A DNA stretch of 64,000 nt, from contig OX597825.1 of the NCBI GenBank assembly GCA_951406725.2, forward strand, positions 18,166,001 through 18,230,000, read 5' to 3'. Below the pieces are notes generated by a model, which did no database searches, was not told where the DNA came from, and worked only from the letters and a program-made list of their open reading frames with translations. Of this stretch, positions 55,630-64,000 are shown in pieces. Within the stretch, counting starts at the first letter, position 1; each line of letters starts with the position of its first letter. The translations under genes and the position numbers were made by a program. The stretch comes from Octopus vulgaris (taxonomy: Eukaryota).

Positions 55630-56150
55630 TAAGTAGGTGAATGAATTATCCTAGCATGGAAAATTCGTTTAACCGATACCTGGGTAGCAAATTCACGTCA
55701 GTAAACACGGTTGAAGCGATCTGACAAGGGTACAAACTCCGGGCTCTTGTGTAGAAATTTGTGTGTTTTTTATATGAATAAATGAAAGAATGGAGTCGAA
55801 CGAAGATTTTAACAAAATTCCTTTACTCTCTACATACAGTGGTTCTATCTTAACATTTCATCCTTCATTTGAGCGTCTGTAATTACAACGTATCGGTATG
55901 TAAGTATCCAAAATATGGACTCTAAACATGTCGATATATGTCTCTCATCTTAAACATATACTTACAAACATACATACACACATACGCACACACTCACACA
56001 CACGTATATATAAGTATATATATATATATTTGTCGCTACCTGTCATAAATAGCCTTTTTCTATTTGCAATATGCATTTTCGTTGATTTTCCATATTTTAC
56101 CCTTTCATTTCCACGTGTATTTTATATTTTCTTTTCGTAACATATTTCTG

Positions 56151-56244
<94 letters not shown>

Positions 56245-57499
56245 CTATGTATGTATGTATTATTATGCACAATGTCATCTTTTCCTTGAGGGTAAATTCT
56301 GTTTGTAATATATGGGTTTTTAATGGCTTTTGGATCTCTGGTGTTTTTAATGTCCGTGTGTTCATTCCCCTCTTTGATGTTCGTGTATGTGTGTATATAT
56401 GTTTATGTCTGTAGCTTCCTGGCAACAGCATAATGTGCTCGTTTCATTGACGTTTTTTAGGCTCTAATTTCAAAGTGTGATGTTTCTTTGCCTTTTAGTT
56501 CGTTTAGAATGTTTGGTGTATGTGTATGCGTGTCTCCTTGTCTGTTTTACGTCATGAGTGGTTATCATTGGATATTCTCTGAAACAGCATCATGATGGCT
56601 GATGTGTGAATTTCTTTAAAAAACACGTAAAACTACAAAAAAATAACACAAGAGAATGTTTCCTCTTTGTGAGCTTTGGAACCGACAAGTTTGGCGGGTC
56701 AAAATTATCCAATTTATAGAAATGTTGCATATTCTTTCATTTAGGGAAAGTTCAGGCGATAACTATATAGGGGACATCACTCTGATGTTTAAATTAATTA
56801 AGGCGAAAAATATTATTTGAAGTGGGAATTTATTAAAAGAGAATTTCCCCACCCCCTTTGCGGGTTTCTTTTTTAAAGCGAGCTCGTTTGAGTGGATGAA
56901 ATGTTTCTGTTTATTGATTTATTGCTTTTTCATTCATTTGGAAACTGCTCTGAAGATTGATATATATGGGAAACTACTCTAACAGAATTACTAATTAGGG
57001 CGTGAAATATTATTTGAAGAGGAAAGAGAAAAATAGTGCTCTATGCCGTAAGGAACTAGAAGAAATATTTGTGCCTTTGAAGAAATTAATTATTATTAAG
57101 GCTTTGATTTGGGTTCTCAAGATATCTAGACTTTCTAGGATACAAAAAAATTTCAGGTTCTGGTAGTTCAAATTATAATTTTCAGTTTAATATTGGATGC
57201 TAAGGTCTTAGTGTTCAATCCACCAATCAGTCAGAAAATTTTGTGTTTGGCTAAGGATTTACCGACAAGTATGGTACAACAGTACATGACTGTGTATAAG
57301 ACGGAGGAAGCAATTCAATATGGGATTCGCTTTGAACGTCTAAGATATTGAAAGTGTTTGTTAAAGCTGGTAAATTAAGTGTGATATAATTGTGTTAATG
57401 CGTATTTTCCTCGTAGGAGATCGACGAATTTGTGGAATTAGAAATTAAAATTTCTAAGAAATTATATTGGGTGATTTGCATTTATGTCTGAATATGACA

Positions 57500-57700
57500 G
57501 TGATTTCAAATTTTGGCACAAGGCCAGCAATTTCAGGATAGACGACCCCAGTACTCAAACGGTACATATTTTTATTGATACCTGAAGGATGAAAGGCAAA
57601 GTCGACCTCGGCGGAATTTGAACTCAGAACGTGAAGACAGACGAAATACAGATAAGCATTTTGTCGGCTGTGTAAACGATTCTGCGAACTAACCACCTTT
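57500..57700 (-). mobile_element. SINE family A, older subfamily with alternative 3' tail
   Basis: GAAGGATGAAAGGCAAAGTCGACCTCGGCGGAATTTGAACTCAGAACG core. Related fragments at about 134-265, 51590-51700 and 53860-53975. Confidence 0.75.
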
Positions 57701-58453
57701 GGATCGAATTTAATACTGAGACACTGTAATTTTTTGTCGTTTAGGCTGTAAACTACGCCTGTGAAAATCACAATAGTAAGTCTACGACATAGTGCAATGT
57801 TTAGCATCAGATCGTGGATTTATTTGGTTAGATGTTACCTGAACTAATCTTCTTGTTGCACCTTTTTATGATTTTTGAGATGAGTAAAATAGTGCAATAA
57901 CATCTCCATATATTCCGTCAATAAGGCAGTAAAACTTTTGTATATTAATTAATCCAATTACCTTTGATGTTGCCGCGCAATGACACACTTTGATGCTCAC
58001 ATCAAAACAGTGTTATCGCTATTCATGCATATGCTGAGGTTGAAAGAAAAGAATATATCGATTTACGGACATGCGTTGTTATTTGTATGTCGTTATCTTT
58101 TATGGCGTACTCAAGTTTTACGAAGTTTATTCCCATTAATAATACATGGCTAGTAGTCAATTATATCTAATTGAGTGAGGATGTGAATAAGAATTACAAT
58201 GTTATCCAGAGGGATAAGTTTGTAATTCTGGTAGTAAATGAGCGAAAGGTGAGAAAACAAGATGCTACAGGCAGGTCGGAACAAGGTGCAATTAGTCTGG
58301 GTATGAACGATGTCGGTCGAAGTAAAATAGGAAAGGGTGCTATTAGTATATTATAAGAACAAGGTGAATTAAAATCTATTGGGAACATGGTAACTACAAT
58401 GTAGAAGAGATAAGCAGTTTTAGCAAAATAGTGTTGGTAGCTTCTTATTTTAA

Positions 58454-58684
58454 GGTGGCGAGCTGGCAGAATCGTTAGCACGCCGGACGAAATGCTTAGC
58501 AGTATTTCGTCTGCCGTTACGTTCTGAGTTCAAGTTCCACCGAGGTCGACTTTGCCTTTCATCAATTCGGGGTCGATAAATTAAGTACCAGTTACGTACT
58601 GGGGTCAATATAATCGACTTAATCCGTTGGTCTGTCCTTGTTTCTCCTCTCTGTTTTTAGCCCCTTGTGGGTAGTAAAGAAATA
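58454..58684 (+). mobile_element. SINE family A, full length
   Basis: TSD GGTAGCT(T/A)CTTATTTTAA at 58436-58453 and 58685-58702. Confidence 0.9.
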
Positions 58685-59002
58685 GGTAGCTACTTATTTT
58701 AATACTTCTAACGAGCTGTGATTCACACCTTTGTCCTAATATCATAGCTCCTATAAATATAAATGTATTAGACATATAAATGTTGTAGTTTATATATTGT
58801 ATATATATTTTGTAAAGTTTAGTTACCAATGAAATAGGTCAGGCACACGTAAGAGCTAAAACTAGTCTTTAATTATATTAGTCAGGGAACATACTTATAA
58901 GCATGTTTATAATATGCACAGATATAAATTTGTTACAGCACGTGCGAGAACTCACACAAACATCTCTCTCGTTTTGTATATATATGCACACACACACACA
59001 CA

Positions 59003-59078
<76 letters not shown>

Positions 59079-59293
59079 CATACAGACACACATATACAAA
59101 TTGAGTGAACGGAGCAGTTAAAATCAAGGCAACATATGTTTCCTACCTATCAAAACCTGGGATCCTTGGAAGTAATAATTAATCAAAGCGGGAACAAGCG
59201 ACTCATCCGGCCGAAGATAATTTAGTTAAATGAAAAAGTCAAATGTTCCTGGAAGTTGATTTTCCTACCAAATTCGGACTGCTTGAAACTTAC

Positions 59294-59462
59294 CAACTTC
59301 CTACACCTAGATTCTTGAATCTTACAATTACAAATCATTACGTATATACATTGTTGAATATTTACTCTTAGAAATTTTGCGTGCGCGTACCCTAAATTTA
59401 TGTGCACGAGACTAGTAATATCCAACAACTGCATTTATTTAATAAATTTATATTTGGATTAC
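59294..59462 (-). other. Candidate exon of a minus-strand transcript
   Basis: Acceptor CTAATTTCACAG| and consensus donor TTG|GTAAGT. No recognisable protein. Confidence 0.3.
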
Positions 59463-60390
59463 CTGTGAAATTAGAACATCAGTTTGAACGGCAGACTGGA
59501 AAGAGGACCAGCCTTACATATAAGAGAACACCTTTGATACACACAAATACAGATATGCATATATGTGTATGTGTGCGCATGTGTGTATGTATATATGTAT
59601 GTGTGTTTCTGTGTGTGTGTCGATGAGTGTGTGTATGTATGTATTTATATGTGTGTGTGAGTATGTGATTGTGTGTATATTTGATTCACAGACATAATTG
59701 TTTCTCGACATTACATATTTACATTATTCTATACACATCATACAAGCATCTACGAATGCACACATACGTATAGGCAGAGACAAACGCATAGACGATACAT
59801 GCATTTAGGTATCATATTTTATGCATACGTGTGCGTGTATACGTATGGGTGATGGGTTTCATTGAAATATGTGAAAACATACTAGCATACCTCTACACGT
59901 ATGTATATGCTTTGTGAATTTGTTAGCATAATTTTCTATATAATGTTGCACGCAATTTCTGCTCTAGAGCTCTTGAGGTATCGATTTGAATTTATTGCGA
60001 CTTTCATAAATTACACGTGACATTTATTTAATTATTTTGATTAACACTAGTGAGCTAATTATATTAGTGAACGCGCAATATAATTAAATAAACATTTTTT
60101 CGTTTTTTTTTTTAATATTTATTGTGGCAAAAACCTTGCACACGCACATAGACCTCTACTCTAATGGAGATATCACGTTGAAATATTTCGAAAATATTAT
60201 TTTATTATATAATAATCACATGGAATCATACACAAAGTATGCAAGCATAGATACATACATACACACATACATAAACACACACATCCATATATATATATAA
60301 TTATGTAATTATACAATGTTTGTGTGCATATTTTTGTATTTCTATTTCTATTGTTGAATACTGGATGTGCGCATAGGTGTGTGTGTATGC

Positions 60391-60441
<51 letters not shown>

Positions 60442-60458
60442 AGATAGATATAGATATA

Positions 60459-60517
<59 letters not shown>

Positions 60518-61378
60518 ATGTGTGTGTGTGAATATATGTATGTATATACATATATATATATACATACACATGTTTATGTATATATGTCATATATACATGT
60601 ATAAATTCATATATACATATATTTACACACACACAAACACACAAACACACACACACATATGTATATATAGATAGATATGCCCATATACACCCACATACAT
60701 ATATATGAACGTTTACGTATAAGAAGGTGATAGATCAGTCGAAATGTGCCAATTTGCTGTTACCTTTATTTCGGTTAAAGTAACTAATATGGCAAGTGTT
60801 ATAGTAAAAATGTGTTAGGTTAAAATTAAGCTAACCGTATTGGTAAATGAATACATCAACTAACCTATATCCTAGTGAGAAAGGGTGAAAATAATTTGAG
60901 AAGAAACACGAGTTCCTAGAGGCTGTTTCAAGAGGAACTATCAGTAATGGATAACAGAATTAAGGAAGCATAAATTATGGGTGTATATTTTGAAAAGCGG
61001 TAAATTAATTATGCATAGTTGAAATACAATTGAAATATGATGATTATACACTGACAGTAACAAATGAGTTATTATTTCCGAAATTATTTTTCATTGGAAT
61101 TTCATTACCATTGTATAGCCTCGTTTGTCACACTGCTGATATTGCAATGTTAGAATAATTATAATTTACCGCATACGTCATCTGGTTCATGTGACGTATA
61201 ACCGTCAGAGACAACATGAAAACAAATCGAGTTGACAACATATGTTCTATCTTTAATTTTTCCTTCCTAGAAATATCCTAATTTTTCTTCTGTTGCTACA
61301 CGTTATTTTATTCAGACATTAGATCGCAACTATGCTGGAGCACCCCTTGGAGAATTTTAGTCGGACGAATCGGCTCAA

Positions 61379-61410
<32 letters not shown>

Positions 61411-61411
<1 letters not shown>

Positions 61412-61564
61412 CAAAGGGAGAGTTTACGAAAAAAACAAAAGACGAAGACAGGTGGTGTACAAAACAAATATATGTATTAGTATAACGCTCAGGAATAGAA
61501 AAAGTATTTAACGTTTCGAGCCTACGCTCTTCTACAGAAAGGGACACATAAAAAACCAGGAGAG

Positions 61565-61567
<3 letters not shown>
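61411..61567 (-). mobile_element. Short HHR-bearing PLE-derived element (family H1) between (TA)n tracts
   Basis: Reverse-complement homologue of 21950-22125, with (TA)n on both sides. Confidence 0.78.
61507..61540 (-). ncRNA. Minimal hammerhead-like motif with CUGUAGA core
   Basis: Reverse complement TTT CTGTAGA A GAGC-gtag-GCTC GAAA CGT T AAA. Same family as 47411. Confidence 0.62.
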
Positions 61568-61622
<55 letters not shown>

Positions 61623-61713
61623 CTGTAAAATAATATATCATCATAGTATATATACTCTCCAATTTGAATATTTAAAACAATCTATATATACAAAAAAATG
61701 TCCGAAAACTATT

Positions 61714-62168
61714 GAGCTAACTCCAGCCACAATTGAACCCACAAATCAACGCTAACTTGCACATCCGATTGGGCTAAACGCTCACACATGAATCTTCATC
61801 AAATTTAATGAATATATACATAAACCATCTAATACTACATATAATATTTGTAAACAAACCAGAAAGTTTTTGTAGTTTGCGGATAGAAAGCTTATATGGA
61901 AGACTCGTACTAGAATAATAACTGTATAATAATATATCATAATAATATACATATATATATTCTCCAATCTAAAGCGAGAATTTTAAAATACAAACTGAAA
62001 TATGATGTGCTAACTCTAACCAGGATCGAACCCGCAAATCAACTCTAACACGTCTCCTTGCGCATCCGATAGAGCCCAGCGCTCAGCCATCAATTTCCTC
62101 CAAATTTAATGAATATTACTTAAACTGTCTAATACGACATATAATGTCTGTAAGCAAAACCAGAAAGG
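61714..62168 (-). repeat. Diverged ~160-bp direct repeat with tRNA-like B-box
   Basis: About 61714-61866 matches about 62007-62168. The minus strand of the second copy has GCGGGTTCGATCCTGG. Confidence 0.55.
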
Positions 62169-62426
62169 CTATCAGACCTTTATGTCGATCAAGTAGGCTA
62201 TAGGGACGTAAACACACCGAAACTACGTGTTAAGGGTGGTAGGGGACAAATACAGCCACAGACACGCAAGTATGCACATACACATACAATACACACATAC
62301 ATACACGCATACATATATTTTGACTATTGAGTAAATGTAACATATTATTTTATAGATAAATTTCCCCTATTTACATAATATTGAGGTCTCTTTCATTATT
62401 TTGTTATCTTACCGTTTTTACCAATA

Positions 62427-62718
62427 AGTAGCAGGATCATCAGAAAGAAGTCCGGCGTGAGAGATGTCATCGCAGAGTATACACGTCACCCGGCTCACCG
62501 ATAATAGGTGGACGCACGCAGATGTCGAGTGGTACCCGCGTGAGCGGAGAAGACCACCCGGACGACATCCACGACGGTGGAATTACGATTTCAGAAGGAC
62601 GATTGGGATCACGTGGATGAGAAAGGCGCGATCCAGAGAGGAGTGGACAGCGTGCTGTGACCAGCGGTGTCCAAGGGACGCCTGACGGACTGGTCGGTCA
62701 AAGTGATCAAAGTGAAAA

Positions 62719-62722
<4 letters not shown>
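62427..62722 (+). mobile_element. RTE-clade LINE 3' end
   Basis: HVTRLTDNRWTHADVEWYPRERRRPPGRHPRRW...WMRKARSREEW is typical of an RTE ORF C-terminus. Short AAGTGA repeat tail. Confidence 0.85.
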
Positions 62723-62768
<46 letters not shown>

Positions 62769-64000
62769 GTATATGTACATGAATATATATACATACGAAG
62801 GACTTTTTTAACTTTCAATCTCATAAACCATTTATAAGGCTTTCGTCGGCTCAAGGTCATGGCATAATATATATCCCTAATGTGTCACGCAATGGGATTG
62901 ATCTCGGAAAAATGCGGTTGGGCAACAAACTTCTTGAGGGGTATAATGTATCGTCATATACATACTAAGTTTACTTGTGTAAAAGTCAAAACTAGATAGC
63001 AACGACAAAATATCTTTTCATTATTGGTTTGCCTAGCCATGTATCATCTCAGGCTGAGCAATAACAACAACAGCGTCAATATCAATGCAAATATTAAATG
63101 TAAATAATAATTGTTTGAGGCTATTTATCTACCAATATTTACAGATTCTTCATACATGCCAATAGGCATCATCCCAAGGCTATCGATTACAAACAGGATT
63201 TTAGATCTATTTCCGACATGTCATAAAGTTTCATGGATACAGAAATATATATATATATATATATATATACTAACTCTATATTTTCCAGGTCTGAAAAACA
63301 TTATAGGAATTGATATTTGCAATTATCGATTATTTCCAATTATTGATTACTCCTATTTGCACAAGATCAGACTCAATTTGGTTTAACTCTACTAAGTACT
63401 GTACAGCAGTTACTAAATCACTGATAGCACTGTCAAAATCATAGCCTATCTCGCCTGAATACAAATACAGATTAAATAAAATGTAATACATATAATTATA
63501 TACTTGATCCTTGATAACATGGAAAGGGGTTTCACATAGGGTTAAACAGGAATCAATTCCAAAGGTTTCCAGGAGATTGTGTTTGATTTATGTACTTTGT
63601 AATTATATATATATATATAAGAGATAGATAAATAGATTGATAGATAAGGCGATAGATACACAGACAAATAAATAGATAGATAGTTAGATACACACTCACA
63701 AACACACATATACATACACAAATTCATATATACACTCGGTTGAGGTCTAAGACATGGAATTTATACTAATCTCCCTTTAAAATTCTCCTTATTTCGCGCA
63801 ACGTTACGTACAAGCTCACTTGCTAGAAATAGCATACAAATGCATCTCCCATCACACACTAGAGTTGGAAAATGGTGAACACTTAGTTTTACGGTATCAC
63901 GGGTACATGATCACAATAAATGAAAGAAGGAAAATCATCTTCGTATAGAATAAGACTACTCAGTGAGTGACGACCAGAGATTGTAGAACTACGTTAATGA

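Noticed and set aside
56260-57450. Compositionally distinct tract that may be a decayed retroelement
   Set aside because: No intact frame, motif or second copy in the window to support a call.

Overview
AT-rich animal genomic DNA saturated with microsatellites and dispersed repeats. The SINE/LINE repertoire looks like an octopus or other coleoid cephalopod (inference from recalled repeat families, not a search). Almost all ORFs in the track are microsatellite translations. The only long genuine ORF (40944-43169, +) is a 5'-truncated but uninterrupted Penelope-like retroelement (RT with YRDD, C-terminal GIY-YIG endonuclease). It sits between two (TA)n tracts and carries a complete type I hammerhead ribozyme (HHR) motif in its 3' region (43755-43848). 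The main hidden signal is at least six more minimal HHR motifs in short non-coding elements at (TA)n tracts (about 9.5, 22.0, 22.8, 23.3, 47.4 and 61.5 kb). Three belong to one family with a shared non-canonical CUGU(A/U)GA core. Several such elements form head-to-head inverted duplications, one breaking inside the ribozyme's palindromic stem III. Also present: three tRNA-SINE families (including a multimer under one TSD), CR1-, RTE- and Tx1-like LINE fragments, a Helentron-type non-autonomous element, several long inverted repeats, and weak evidence for a spliced minus-strand transcript. Ribozyme folds were paired by eye and no activity is shown.
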